Source: Lama guanicoe | Taxonomy: Eukaryota | Direction: 5' to 3' | Length of the DNA: 64,000 nucleotides | Assembly: GCA_013239625.1 (NCBI GenBank) | Contig: MU057352.1 | Location: 23,452,764-23,516,763, forward strand | Shown: in pieces, positions 36,695-49,360 of the stretch | Numbering within the stretch: the stretch's first letter is position 1 | How the letters are laid out: each line of letters starts with the position of its first letter | Program-made: the position numbers and the translations under genes | Notes under the pieces: model-generated | The model's input: the letters and a program-made list of their open reading frames with translations, nothing else | Told to the model about the DNA's origin: nothing | Databases searched by the model: none

Positions 36695-37329
36695 GAGCCC
36701 AAAGCAAAACCAATTCCTCTAGCCCTTCCTGGCCCCCAGCACGATTCGCCCGAGGACCACTGCTTGGCGTGCACAGATGGGACTCATTTTCTCATGGTCT
36801 GGACAGCACACCCCCCACCTTTAATTCCACAGCATTCCTGTTGTGCGTTTACTCAGACACGCTGTCCGCTTGGCGCCGTGTGTTTGCCCCTCCTCTGAGC
36901 CTCTGGGAGACTTTCTTCCTCTTGGCCGTGGTCAGATACCTCATCTTCTTTCTGCCTTTGTTCTCTGGACTCTCCCAGCCGCAGGGCTATGAAATGGTAG
37001 TCGCTTGGCAGCGTGCTCTTAGAAGATGCTGCGCACCTGCACAAGTTCTCGCCTCTCCTCCCTACCTCACCTGTCCTTACCTGGCCACCACCAATTCTTC
37101 TCCTTTCACAGCACAATTCAGAGAATAATCCACACCAGCTGCCTTGGGGAGCCTTTTGTAGACCTACACCCCAGCCCGCACCCTCCCTGCTTTTAGTTAA
37201 TACCCTTCCGCCTCAGGTGAATGCTCTCATGTCTTCCTGGTCATTCCTTAGCTTAGAAAATCCTGGGGGGCACTGGCTGAGCTTCAGGAAATGCTCCATC
37301 TGGGCACTGAGAGATGGGTAGACACCCCC

Positions 37330-37865
37330 TGGGGAGAAATGTAGTCCAACAGCAAAGAGCAGGAAGGAGGTGAAATGATTTGGAGGGCGTCCCGGTGGGG
37401 ATGTCGGTTCTTTCTCTGTTGGGATGGGGCCATGGGAAGCTTCTAAGCAGATCTGATGTGTGTTTTACCTGGATCATTCTAGCTTGCTGTGCTGGAAACG
37501 GACTGAAAGTGGCGAAGGTGAAAGCAGACGGACCAGTCAGGAGGCCGCTGCAGAGATCCAGGGAGGGGATGATGGCGGCCTGGATGGACGCGTGGCTGCA
37601 GAGGAGACTGCGAGAAGTCACCAGGTATGAATATATCCTGAAGGTAGAATTTGCTGGTGATTGGATCTGGGGTGTCAGATAAAGGGTGATCCTGAGGCTT
37701 TGCCCGGATCACCTGGAGAATGAAGTGTCCATTTATTTATAGGGGCATCAGCGAGGGGAGCAAGGCACTTGGGTTGGTGGGTAGGGGTGGGTTCGTGATG
37801 TTCAGTCAGACATTGTTACACGTACAGGTGGAGACATTCAGGAAGCAGCTGGGTACATGAATCTG
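37330..37865 (-). mobile_element. L2 LINE fragment with decayed ORF2 remnant
   Basis: minus-strand ORF 37253-37621 reads IQAAIIPSLDLCSGLLTGPSAFTFA, resembling the L2 ORF2 motif VQAxIISxLDYCNSLLTGLP. Confidence 0.8.
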
Positions 37866-37867
37866 TG

Positions 37868-38235
37868 GGGTGAGGGTTAATTTCACAGGTCGGCTTGGCT
37901 AGGTACCCAGACCAGGTGGTTAGTCAGACGCCAGTTTAAACATCACTGTGAAGGTGTCGTTGTTTGGATGAGGTTGGCATTTACATCAGTAGGCTCTGAG
38001 GGGAGCAGATTACCTTCCATGATGTGTGCGGGCCTCATCCAGTCAGTTGATGGCCACGAGAGGAAAGACTGAAGGCCCCGAGGAAGTGGAATTCTGCCTT
38101 CAGACTTGAACTGTGATATCCGTTCTTCCTGGGGTCTCCATCCTGCTGGCTGACCCTGCAGAGTTTGCACTTACCAGCGTCCACCTCTGTGTGAGCCAAT
38201 CCCTTGAAATAATCCGTCTGTCATCGCTCTCTGCC
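37868..38235 (+). mobile_element. MLT2 (ERVL) LTR
   Basis: ggttaatttcacaggtcggcttggctagg, agcagattaccttccatgatgtgtgcgggcctcatccagtcagttga, tgtgagccaatcccttgaaataa. Confidence 0.85.
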
Positions 38236-39133
38236 TTGAGCCTGGGTGAGAGCATGAGGAGGGCAGGTGTGGGCAGGGGGGAGCAGTCAGTCCATCAGGC
38301 CCTCCAACCCAAGTCGAGAGATGCGGACACCGTCTGTGTGTGTCATGTTCACTGAGCACTTACTGTGTGCTGGGCATCCCCCATTACTGGAGGTGATCTC
38401 TTCTTAAAACCAGAGCCATCTGTCTCCTTATTTTTTCTGGAAGCTTGGGAAATGATCCTGGCGGGGTCACCTCTTTATTTAACTGATGTTTTGCAATTCC
38501 CATGTCCCAGCTCCTCCGGAGTTCTGGGCAGCAGAATGGCACTGGCTGTTCCTTCTCCTGTGTCAGAAACTGATGATTCCAGCATCTTCCTTCCAGGTCA
38601 CTTTCAGTTTCCCTAACCTCCAGCCTCTTGAAGTCATTTAGCATCCCTCGATACCCAGGAACCCACTTATTAAAACTGGGGGAGCCTCCTTTCCAGCATG
38701 TATTCATAAAAATAGTTCTGCAGCCCCAAGGAACAGGGTCATTTGAACTTGGTGACTTGAAACCTTTCGGGATGACTAATAAAAAGGGCAGGATTGTGGT
38801 GATGAATGTCCGGCACCATCTTTGTTCCTTGTTTTGTGTGTGTGTGGTAGAATGTTTAACCCATATTTTCCAAGAACTGTGTAGGTGGGTTGCTGGGGAC
38901 AATTGATTTTTAGGGAAGTATTGTTCCTCTGGATGTGGAAACCATGAAGCAAAGAATAACATTGAGCAAGAGTCCTCCGGATGACCGGGCTGGAGCTAAA
39001 TATGGTGCCACGTGTTTGGGCCCCTGTGTCCCACGCGCCGTCACTTGTGCCTGAGTTGGAGCTTGCTCTGAACTGTGACCCCAGGAGTCTCATTCCTCAT
39101 TCTTGCCAACTGTCAGATAGACCATCTACTTTC

Positions 39134-39562
39134 TTTTTTTAATTAATTATTAATTAATTTGTAATTGACATAGTCAGTTACAATGTGTCAGTTGCTGGTG
39201 TACAGCACACTGTCCCAGTCATGCATACACATACGTATATTCATTTTCATATTCTTTTTCATTAAAGGTTATTATGAAATAGTGAATATAGTTCCCTGTG
39301 CTATACGAAAGAAACTTGTGGTTTTTAAAAATCTATTTTTATGTATGGTGGCTAACATTTGCAAATCTCAAACTCCCAAATTTATCCCTTCCCACTCCCT
39401 TTCTCCTGGTGACCATAAGATTGTTTACTATGTCTGCGAGTCTGTTTCTGTTTTGTGGGTGAGTTCATAGAGTCCTTTTTTTTTTTTCCTGTAGATTCCA
39501 CATGTGACTGATATCATGGTATGTTTCTGTCTCTTTCTGGCTTACTTTACTTGGAATGACAG
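39134..39562 (-). mobile_element. Camelid/artiodactyl L1 3' end, 5'-truncated
   Basis: poly(T), catagtcagttacaatgtgtcag, agattccacatgtgactgatatcatggtat; degenerate TSD agaccatctactttc/agatcatccattttc (12/15). Confidence 0.88.
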
Positions 39563-39604
39563 AGATCATCCATTTTCCGAGACCATGACTGGTTCTAAAT
39601 GAGA

Positions 39605-39745
39605 AGTGCAGCCTGGCAGGTGGAAGGGACACAGGCCTTTGTGCGAGGGATCCCGAGTCCTGCTTCCATCCGGCCCCTGGCTTGCTGTGTGACCTTGGGC
39701 CAGTTTTCTCACCTCTCTGAGCAGTGTTAAGTCGGGGCTTCATCG
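39605..39745 (+). mobile_element. MIR SINE fragment
   Basis: ttgctgtgtgaccttgggccagttttctcacctctctgagc. Confidence 0.7.
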
Positions 39746-40420
39746 TCTCAGAGGGGTGGGACTACAGCCAGCAGAGTGGTTACACGTCCTGAATGAAGAA
39801 GGCTCCCCCCACCGCCCGCAGCATCCCACCAGCTGTCGTGCTGTGTGGGACCAGGGCTGCCAAATAAGTGTTTGAACTTTGTAATGACATTTTCTGAATT
39901 TTGGATGTAGGCAGTGAGGTCAGAAATATTTTAAACATGCTGTGGGTGAAACCTGTAGCCAGAAAGGGCCCACGGGTGTTCAGTTGGCAGCTCCACGCGA
40001 ATGCGCCGTTCTTCGTGGGTTATCACGGGCTGGGGGCCAGGGGCTCAGGGATGCTCATTTGAGTCTTTTTGGCTTGAAACCAGTACGAGTATTTTCAAGG
40101 AACTAGGGGAGCAAAGCCAGACTGGAAGCCAGGTCACGAGATCGCTGTTGCCTAGAGACCTAGAAGGAGCCATGGCCTTCCTTTCCTCGTGGGTAGAAAC
40201 ATCCGCCTGAGGCAGTGGACTCGGTCAGCTGACCTCCTTGGGATTTATCCCCAGATCCACCCACCAGCCTTGTCTCTGCTTCCATGGATTCTATGGCATT
40301 TGGAGCTGGAGCGAATCAAATATTTCAGTGTTTTCATGAAGTAGATATTTCAGTGTATTCATTTCTCACTCAATAATATTTCTTATAGCTCTTCCACGTG
40401 TATATGTACATACCTCACTC

Positions 40421-40790
40421 TTTTTTTTTAATTGAAGTTTAGTTGTTTTACAATGTTCTGTTCATTTCTGGTGTACAGCATAGTGATTCAGTTATACATA
40501 TATATGTTCTTTTTCATTATAGATTATTACAAGATATTGAATGTAGTTTCCCTGTGCCATACAGTAAGACCTTGTTGTTTATCTATTTTGTATATAGTAG
40601 TTTGCATCTGCTAATCCCAAACTCCCAATTTATCCCTCCCCAACCTTTCCCCTAATCATAAGTTTGGTAACTATAAGTTTCTGTGTCTGTGAGTCTCTTT
40701 CTGTTTTGTGAATAAGTTCATCTGTATCATTTATTTTTTTAGATTCCACAAATAAGTGATATCATATGATATTTGTCTTTCTCTGTGGCT
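40421..40790 (-). mobile_element. Artiodactyl L1 3' end
   Basis: ttttaattgaagtttagttgttttacaatgt, ggtgtacagcatagtgattcagttatacata, tagattccacaaataagtgatatcatatgatatttgtctttctctg. Confidence 0.88.
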
Positions 40791-40844
40791 CCTTTTTAAC
40801 TGCTACATAGTATTCCATGGTTTTTTCCCCCTAACTATTCCATA

Positions 40845-41256
40845 TTTTTTTAACATTTTTTATTGATTTATAATCAGTTTACCATGTTGTGTCAAATTCC
40901 AGTGTAGAGCACAATTTTTCAGTTATACATGAACATATATGTACTCATTGTCACAATTTTTTCTCTGTGAGCTACCATAAGATGTTGTATATATTTCCCT
41001 GTGCTATATTGTATAATCTTGTTTATCTATTCTACAATTTTGAAATCCCAGTGTATCTCTTCCCACCCCCTGCCCCCTTGGCAACCACAAGTTTGTATTC
41101 TATGTCTGTGAGTCTATTTCTGTTTTGTATTTATGCTTTGTTTGTTTGTTTTTAGATTCCACATATGAGCGATCTCATATGGTATTTTTCTTTCTCTTTC
41201 TGGCTTACTTCACTTAGAATGACATTCTCCAGGAGCATCCATGCTGCTGCAAATGG
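40845..41256 (-). mobile_element. Young camelid L1 3' end running into the assembly gap
   Basis: ttttattgatttataatcagttttaccatgttgtgtcaaattccagtgtagagcaca...ggcttacttcacttagaatgacattctccaggagcatccatg. Confidence 0.88.
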
Positions 41257-41396
41257 NNNNNNNNNNNNNNNNNNNNNNNNNNNNNNNNNNNNNNNNNNNN
41301 NNNNNNNNNNNNNNNNNNNNNNNNNNNNNNNNNNNNNNNNNNNNNNNNNNNNNNNNNNNNNNNNNNNNNNNNNNNNNNNNNNNNNNNNNNNNNNNN
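41257..41396. other. Assembly gap (140 N)
   Basis: run of N. Confidence 1.
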
Positions 41397-42304
41397 AATG
41401 GACATTTTGTTTTTATCCATTTTCCTCCTTTATTTCTACTTCACCTGATGTCATGCCATAGAGTTTTCATACCCTCCACTGCACTCCTTCTCTCTCTCCC
41501 TTCTTCCTTTTCTCCTTCCTAGCACCTTTCCATCTCTGGATCCACTCATCGCCCTCCTTACAGATGCCAGGTGTATGGGGGAAAATCCTGAGATCTTGCC
41601 TCCAAGAGCTCCAATTCAACAGAAAACTTCATAAAAAGTCCATTATTGAGATTTCTTAGAAGCAGGTGCTTCAACAGTCTTTTCAGGGGAGCTCTCTTTG
41701 GCTTTGTGGAGTCTGAGAATCACTGAGGCAGGTACCAGTCTTCCCAAGGAGGAGTCAGCCTTTGGGCCATAACTGTGTCTGCTTCCTGGGACCTTGTAGG
41801 ACCATCATCGCTGCCCACCCTCCCCTTTTTCCCATCACTAGAGGCTGTGGCTTGAGCAGAAAAACCCCAAGGTTGGCTCTGGAATGATGGCCAGGAGAAG
41901 GGGCATGGTGCTCTCGTGGGCCTGGGTGGGGGGCTTTTTTCTTTGCTGTGGGAGCCAGCAGAGCCTGGAACAAAGGTGTGAATCAGAAGTCAGCCTAAAA
42001 GGGATACAGAACCTCAGATCTTCTTCCTTGGAGGAAATTGAGTCAAGATGAATGAAAAGGGAGTGCAGGTGGTGTGTGGATCAGAGATAGATACAGAGAG
42101 GGGCGAGCGCCTACAGTCACCGTTCCTGGATTTTCCAAATGGGTTTAAAATGGGTATTTTGTGCTGGGAGCGCGACCCGAGCTCCCCTCTCCTTTCATCC
42201 TCTGCACTTTTTGCTGCTTTTCTTGCGAGTATCTTGACAGTCATCACATTAACAGTCCACAGAACATCACTCTCTAGCAAACAGTCTTCTTGGAATGGCA
42301 GAAT

Positions 42305-42545
42305 GAGCATGCACAGTTTAGAGCTTATGCCTCAGAGTCCCACGACCTAATCTGCTCTTGGTTGCCTCAGTCACCTGGACAAGTTGTTTAAACAATGTGT
42401 CAGTTTTGTCCTGTGTCAAATGGGGAAAATATCGCTGTCTTCCTTCTGGGGATGTCAGAGAGGGTGCAGTGAGTTATTCCACATGAAAACACCTAACCTA
42501 ACCAGGGAACGGCTACCTGGAGCATAGTAAGTGCTCAATAAATAT
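42305..42545 (+). mobile_element. MIR SINE followed by (CA)n at 42546-42581
   Basis: cctggacaagttgttta...cctggagcatagtaagtgctcaataaat. Confidence 0.7.
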
Positions 42546-42581
42546 CACACACATGCGCACACGTGCACACACACACACACA

Positions 42582-42850
42582 GCTCGGATGTCTCCTTACC
42601 TGAGAGGCCTTTCCTGGTCACTCTGTATGAACAGTACCCCTTCCCCATCTCCCTCTTCTGTTCTTTATTGATTCCTAAAACACGAATCACCATCTAACCC
42701 ACTGTTACTTGTTAGTTTGTCTGTTTGTTGACTATCTGCCACTCCCACCTGCTCTGGAACCCCACAGATGCCGAGATACCTGTTCCCTGCATTTAATGCT
42801 GTTATCCCTGGAACATGGGTAGATGCCAAGTAATTATGGGTTGAAAGGAT
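42582..42850 (+). mobile_element. L2 3' fragment
   Basis: gagaggcctttcctggtcactct...tttgtctgtttgttgactatctgcc...tgggttgaaaggatga. Confidence 0.65.
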
Positions 42851-43679
42851 GAGTCTCTATTTTAGAGACGACCTCCAGACCCAGGCTAGGCCTGGAGAGG
42901 TAAAGTGACTTGGTCAAGATCACCCAGCTACCAGCGATTGATGACTCTAAAGTCGTATAAATCTAATGGTTTCAGTTCTAATTTGAACCATTCACATCTC
43001 CCTGCCGGTAAAACAAGACACAGGACATCTAAGCAGAGCGCCTGCTGCGTGATCTCCCTTGGCTTTTCTGAGCAGCACTCGGTCACCAGCACATGCCTGC
43101 TCTCAGGGGATGGCGCAGTCCGGAGAGGCTTGAGCCGGTGGCGGCCAGGCCGGCGGGCAGGCGTGGTGGCCCTTCCCAGGGGGCCGCCCAGCCCGAGGCA
43201 GGGAGCTGGCGTTCCGTGGAGGGCATCGCGTTCCTGGCCCGGTGCCTGTTTCTAGACTCGGTGGAACCTTCGGTGTCTCTCCCGGGGAGGGAGGAGGGGG
43301 TTGCAGGGATCTTAAAGGACAAGAAATTGTCTCCGTTTTCTGGACCTCGTCCTAGGTGTCCTGTGGTAGGTTTTATTGTTTCCATTTTTTCCAATGAGGA
43401 AACTGAGGTTTGGGAAGGTGGAAATACTGAAGCTGGGATTTGGGTCCACAAATACCACGCATCCCTGCCCCCTGCTCGGATGCTACCAGAGTTGGACTCT
43501 GAATCGTCAGCGTGTATTGAGCAATCAGCACAGGCTGGGTGCCAAGCCTCTTTTTTTTTCTTGTTTGCTTGTTATGGTTTTTAAACTGTTTTCTCCAAAC
43601 CAGGGGACAGTGCTTGTCAGAGGTACATGGGGGAGGTTACTTCGTCTGTTATCTTGTGACTCTCTGGATGACGGCAGTG

Positions 43680-43940
43680 AGCTGTGGGGAAAGAGCCCGA
43701 GTGTTGGAGCAACACTGCCCTGAGTTCAGAGATGAGCCCAGCCTCTAAGTTGCTGTGTGATCTGTGTTGAGTAATCAGCCTCTCTGAGCCTCAGTTTCCA
43801 TATCTGTAAAGTGGAGCACAGATTTCCTTGGCAAGGACACTGAGGACTTGAGATATTAAATATGCAATGCCAAGCATGCTGTCTAGGGCACAGCCATCAA
43901 TGAGTAGTGGCTGTTTATTATTATTATTACTATTATTATA
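43680..43940 (+). mobile_element. MIR SINE with (TTA)n tail
   Basis: cctctctgagcctcagtttccatatctgtaaagtgg...tattattattattactattatt. Confidence 0.8.
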
Positions 43941-44994
43941 TTTTAGCACATAGTGTTGTACATAAATGTACTTCTTTCTTTGCCTTATTTAACTTTGTCC
44001 CTCCTGGTGCAGATGGAGCCTTATTCATCTCGGCAGCCCCACCTCCTGACACAATTCTTGGTACATGGTTGATGTGCACCGTTGCAGGGCACACGAATGA
44101 ATGGATGAGGGAACGAATCAGTGGGCCCATGGTTGGTGGAGGCAACTCCGGCCAGACGTTGGGGGCTGTGTTTCCTGGAATCTTATCCCCTCCTGTCGGA
44201 TTCAGGCCAGGACCATGGCGCAGTTGCTCCATTGTTCCCAGATAGCGCTGCCTATCTCAACGTCTCCGCGGGGCAGCCCTCGGCCACACCCTGCCCTGCT
44301 GTCCTATCACCGACCCCACTCGGACCCCACAGGCTTCCTTCCAGCCTGCCCTGAAGACAGCTTTCACGTGGCAGCCCTGGCCCTCACCTCCACCACTGCC
44401 CCTCAGTCACAACAGTTGTTGAAGGGCATGTTTCTCTCCCTGGAACTTCACTTTCCACTGTGGACCTAGGACATGCTCAGTCACAATGCTCTGTATTAGC
44501 CTGACTCTTCAGAGCTCCACCTGCATCTTCCTGCTTCCTGCATCCACCATCCCCTTGTCTGATGGGTGAGTCAGGACTTATCCCTAATCAACCGCCGAAG
44601 AAACTGAGGCTTAAAAAGGCAGGACTGCCAGTAACAGAGCCGATGAGAGAGGGAGAACCCAGGACCACTGCTGGCTCTCCACTCTGTCCACACATAACCA
44701 GTGCTTTGGCCACGAGTCCCCTTGCTGGTTGCGTTGGTGTGCTGTGCCTGACTCTGGTCCAGGAGAGCTTTGAGCAGTGTGTCACCATGTTAATGGCTCA
44801 GACATTCTCAATTCTGTTAGCTCAGTGTGGCCTCCGGCTGCTCTGTGATGTGTCCAGGGTCCAGGCATCCTCACACCCACCCTGCGGGGGAGGAAACAGA
44901 AACCTGGAGGTGACACAGCTCTGGGTGGTGGCACTTTCCCTTCTGCTGGGTTTCCCTTTCCTGCTGAATTTGACTCATAGACCCATTGTTCACA

Positions 44995-45166
44995 AACAGG
45001 GTTTAACATTGGAATCACTGCAGGAATTTAAAAATCTTGCTGCAGGACCCAACCCACTAAGATTCTGACTCAATTAGTCAGCAGCAGAGTCCGGGCACTG
45101 GGGTTATGACACCTCCTGCCCCCGTCCCCAGTGATTCTATTGTGCAGCTGCTTGGAGAACCACTGT
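44995..45166. mobile_element. MER5A-like hAT-Charlie element
   Basis: cattggaatcactgcaggaatttaaaaat, agattctgactcaattagtc, gtgattctattgtgcagc, gagaaccactg. Confidence 0.75.
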
Positions 45167-45394
45167 CCCGGGTCACCCCTGTTACAGGGACGTTGGGAAG
45201 CTAACAAGATTAGCAATTTCCAAACTCTGTTTCAGACTAGAGTTCCAGTCCTCCTAAAGCAAACCTTGACGTAACCTGGCTCACCTTTGCTCAGATTCTG
45301 GCCACTCAGGTTTCAGAAGAACTGGCAGTGCTGAAAGAGGACGCTATGGGGACAAGGGAGATGCGCAGTCCCAAAGCTGTCATGCTTTGTGCCC

Positions 45395-45610
45395 CTGTCG
45401 TGCGCCAGCCCTGTGCGAAGAAGCACGTCGTGTGTATTAACTCATCTAATTCACTGTCCACATTCTAGCGCTGAGAGGCTGACATTATATTCCCTTCACA
45501 GATGAGAAGACCATACACAGAGTGGATAAGCAACTTGCTCAAACTGGTAGAGGCAGAGCCGGGGTTCGAAGACAGAGAGCTGGCTCTGGAGGCCACTGTT
45601 TTAACCGATA
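45395..45610 (-). mobile_element. MIR SINE
   Basis: tgtattaactcatctaatt...cacagatgagaaga...aacttgctcaa...gcagagccggggttcgaa. Confidence 0.75.
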
Positions 45611-46718
45611 CACCTGTTGCTTTGCAGGATGGTGTACTAATTCCCACATAGTTGAGAATTTGCTCTCACCAGCTGGTCCTGCACAGTGATGATCTGATCT
45701 GTCGCTCTGCTGCTCAAGAACCTCAGGGCATCCGCAGGGGAAGGGCCTGAGTACAGCCCGTGAGCAATGCCCCTCGCAGCCCGGCCGCCAGCAGACCGTT
45801 CCTTCACCACCCATGTTACCCGTGCTGTTAGTACGGTGGAAGGTTTCCCCAGCTTTCTCTGCCTGGTGAACTTCTACTCTTCAATACCTAGCTCAAGTAT
45901 CCTCTTTCATTTATGCAGGAGGAGTCAGTGATGCCTTCCTCTGTTGCCAAAGCTCTTGGTCCCTCCATCCAGGTGGGATGACCTTTACCTTAAGTCCACT
46001 TTCTCTCAGCCATTAAGACAAACTTGACTATCTTCTATTGATCAGGGGATTTTTCTCTTTGTAACAGATGCTTTCCTGTAGGGTGCCCCGGGCTCCACTT
46101 TGCGTAATTGACATTCACTGTGTTTTCTGAGGCTGCGCTGTGGTTTAAGAGGAGTCCTGAGCTCCTGTGGAGATTTACCTCTCTCCGCCCTTGGGCTGTC
46201 TGCATTCTTGAAGCTCTCAGGGCCCAGGAAAAAAAAAAAGGAAGCCGACTTGTTCTGGGGACAGCCGGGGTGAGGAGAGATTGGTGTCTTGTTTAGTGTA
46301 TAGCTTGATTTTGGAGCTCAGCCGCCATCGGCCAGGCAAGACCGAGGCAGGAGGAATGGTTTCTTGGTGACCAGAGTGAAGTACATCAGTTTGCTCGTGT
46401 GCTTTTGTGGGAAGGACAGCGGATCCTCGCCGAGGAGTAGGAAGGCTCTTTCAGGAGAGCCCCATCCGGCTCTGAAGAGGGTGGGCCCCTGGGGCGCAGT
46501 GTGAGGCTTTGCTCCTGCCACAGTGAAGAAGACAGGAAAAGTCGAGCTTAAAAGATGCTGGGTGAATTCTTAGAATTTATCCTGCAGAAATACACGCATA
46601 GGTGGGGATGATGCGACTAGCGTCTTCATCTCAACGTTGTTTGAAAGAGCAAACAGTAAGACCGTTTTGACTGATTGATTGATTTCTCTGTTTATTGACA
46701 TACAATGACTGGTTTCAA

Positions 46719-46945
46719 TTTTTTAATTTTTATTTTAAAAATTTAGGTATAGTTGATGTAGTTGACTTGTAACATTAGTTTCATATGTACAACACAGTAA
46801 TTCAGAATTTTTATGGGTCATACTCCATTTACAGTTATTATAAAATGTTGGCTCAATTCCCTGTGCTGTACAATATAGCCTTATAGATTATGATTTTTTT
46901 ATATACATGATAGTTTGTACCTCGTACTCCCCTACCTCTGCCTTC
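46719..46945 (-). mobile_element. L1 3' end (laurasiatherian type)
   Basis: aacattagtttcatatgtacaacacagtaattc, tactccatttacagttattataaaatgttggct, ccctgtgctgtacaatat. Confidence 0.8.
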
Positions 46946-47107
46946 AGTGCCTAGTTTTTAAGCAGACTACTTGGTATGAAAGAAACAGAAGAGTGTGACC
47001 CATACTTAGGGAAAAAAATAGTTAATAGGAAACAGAATGCAATTGAGATTTCTGAGCTAAACTCACCTTGCCTGATCAATTAATTTTATTATGGTTATTA
47101 ATATTAT

Positions 47108-47342
47108 TAAGTAGACTTTATTTTTAGGGCAGTTTTAGGTTCACAGAAAAATTAAGTGGAAAGTACAGGGAGTTCCCATGTATCTGCTGTCCCCACATAT
47201 GCACTAAAATGGTATGTTTGTTGCAACTGACAGATCTGCATTCCCTGACAAATATGTAATGACATGTACCCACCATTGTAGTGTCACATGGCGTATTTTC
47301 ACTGCCCTATAAATCCTCTGTCCTTCAGCTATTCATCTCCCA
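47108..47342 (-). mobile_element. L1MA-type 3' end
   Basis: tagactttatttttagggcagttttaggttcacagaaaaattaagtggaaagtacagggagttccca. Confidence 0.85.
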
Positions 47343-48154
47343 CAGTGAGACACAATTTACAAGCTCCTCGGGTGGGGATTGGTTGATTAAATCATGATGC
47401 CTGCATAGAATGGAATACAGTACAGCTGCTAAAAGGAATGGGTGGCCTTATGAAGTGAAACGGAAGACTCTCCAAGTTACATTAACCACCGTCGGCCTTA
47501 ACAATGTTGATTTTTGAAAAATGAAGGAAACTATTAGGGCGTAGAACAGTGTGTGGAGTAAGTGCTAACGGCTTCACTAATGCACAGCTGCCGCTCCCAA
47601 ATCAGCTCCCGGTACTTCCAGCGTCCACGCTCTACACGCTCTGTGGTTTCTGCCTCTCCCGACCTGTAAGTCCCAGAAGACAGACCCCTCTGTGAAGGCA
47701 GGATCTGTCCGTTTGCAAGGATGTCGCCTGGGCCACGCCCAGATCCATGCACACAATACGCTTTCCATTAGTATCTGTGAATGCAAGAGTGATGAACGAA
47801 CTGAGGCGTTTTCTGTCTACAATTTCCTTCTGCCTCCTACTCCTCAAACCCCTGGGCTGTTGCTTTGCAGGATGAAAGGCCGGGCGTCCCTTGTCCCTCT
47901 CCTGGGTACTGTCCCTGGCCTCCCCTCCCCTCCCTTGAGTTCCTATGCTCTGCAGGGCTTCTTCTTTATTCCCCAGGCCAGAGACCCAGGGAGATGGGGG
48001 AGAGGCTTGGCGTGGACCTCTGAGATGGTCGCATGCAGCTGACACTGTCATCTGGGCAGATCTGACTTCACTGATTGACTCAATTGTACGAGCCAATCGA
48101 CCCAGCAGCTGGGACGGGACTCCTGATCCGACAGCCACTGGTGAGTCAGGCCTG

Positions 48155-48310
48155 ATGGGTCTGATTGCACGCTGTGGCCTGGCCGCCTGTGTGACCTTGG
48201 CCGTATTACTTGACCATGCCGAATCTCAATTTCCTGATCTGTGAAAGGAGGCTAAAAATGCTTCTCTTGAGGTTGTCGTGAGGATTAAATGCGATCACGC
48301 AGGTGAAAGC
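48155..48310 (+). mobile_element. MIR SINE
   Basis: tgtgtgaccttggccgtattacttgacc...gttgtcgtgaggattaaatg. Confidence 0.75.
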
Positions 48311-49254
48311 GCCCTCTGAGTGGAGGGAGGTAACGGAGCTGATCTGCAGGGAGAGGAGAGGGGCTGCTCTTGTCCTCAGATGCCTCTTGCTTCCCGGGGA
48401 AAATTCCCAACTCCAAGTCAGATCGGTTACAGTCTGCCTCCTATGCTTTTATTCAGTGCACTCTCTCTTGGCCACCCAGGGCTTTCAGCTTAGGCAAATA
48501 AATGATGCTGCTCTGCCAGGCTCTGTGCTCTGCAGCCAGCCATATGTTTGAGCCTGATAGAGATTCTTATCCGGCTGGGTAATGTTACCCAGCAAGGGAT
48601 GACATTTCTTATCAGAGGCCCTGTGGACTCAGAGATAGGAGCCCTTTCTTTTTACTGGCAGTCATGTGCGGGGCTGGCAGGGAGGGCCGGAGGGGCGGGC
48701 CAGGACCCAGGAGTGGGCAGCTTGGGCGGCGGGGGCATCCCCAGGCCCTCCTCTCTCAAGACAGCCACTCCCAAGAGCCTGCCTCGAGAGAAGTAGGTCC
48801 TTTTGAGATATTTGCATGTGATAGAAGCAGGGCAGGGCCCGGAGAGCGGATGAGGAAGGAAGGAGAGAGGGTGATGCCGCTGGACCAGCTTGGGGAGGTG
48901 GGGCCCTTGCATGCGCGGTGTCTCGCCCTCGTGCAGACAGGCAGGTGGCCTCCTGCTGCAGACCCAGGGCCTGGGACACCTGCCCTGGGGCTTTGTGGAG
49001 TGGTGGCAGCTGAGGCCCAGGTACCCACCAGAGTCGTGGCTGTGGGAGCGATGAGGTGCTGGGTAACCTCCTTGCGCCCCTCCGGAGGCTGATCTGTGTG
49101 GATGCAACAGGAGGGGTGCCCACGGGGCTCCAGGGCTCTCGGGCTTCTGCTTGGGAGACACTGGCAGGTGGGAGGGCGGGAAGGGAGTAAGGTCGAGGAA
49201 TTTATTCTTCTGCTTCCTCCTCCCTGCTGGGTCCCTGCGTGATACGGGCAAGGT

Positions 49255-49360
49255 CCACACAGAGGGGCCTGAGTTTGAATCCTGATTCCGGGATGCACTT
49301 GCTGTGCATCGGGCGGGTTGTTCACCTCTCTGTGCCTTGGTTTCTTCAATTGAAGTATGA
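49255..49360 (+). mobile_element. MIR SINE fragment
   Basis: cctgagtttgaatcctgattcc...cacctctctgtgccttggtttcttca. Confidence 0.65.

Noticed and set aside
37253-37621. ORF with reverse-transcriptase-associated similarity
   Set aside because: A decayed L2 ORF2 fragment, not an intact or evidently domesticated gene.
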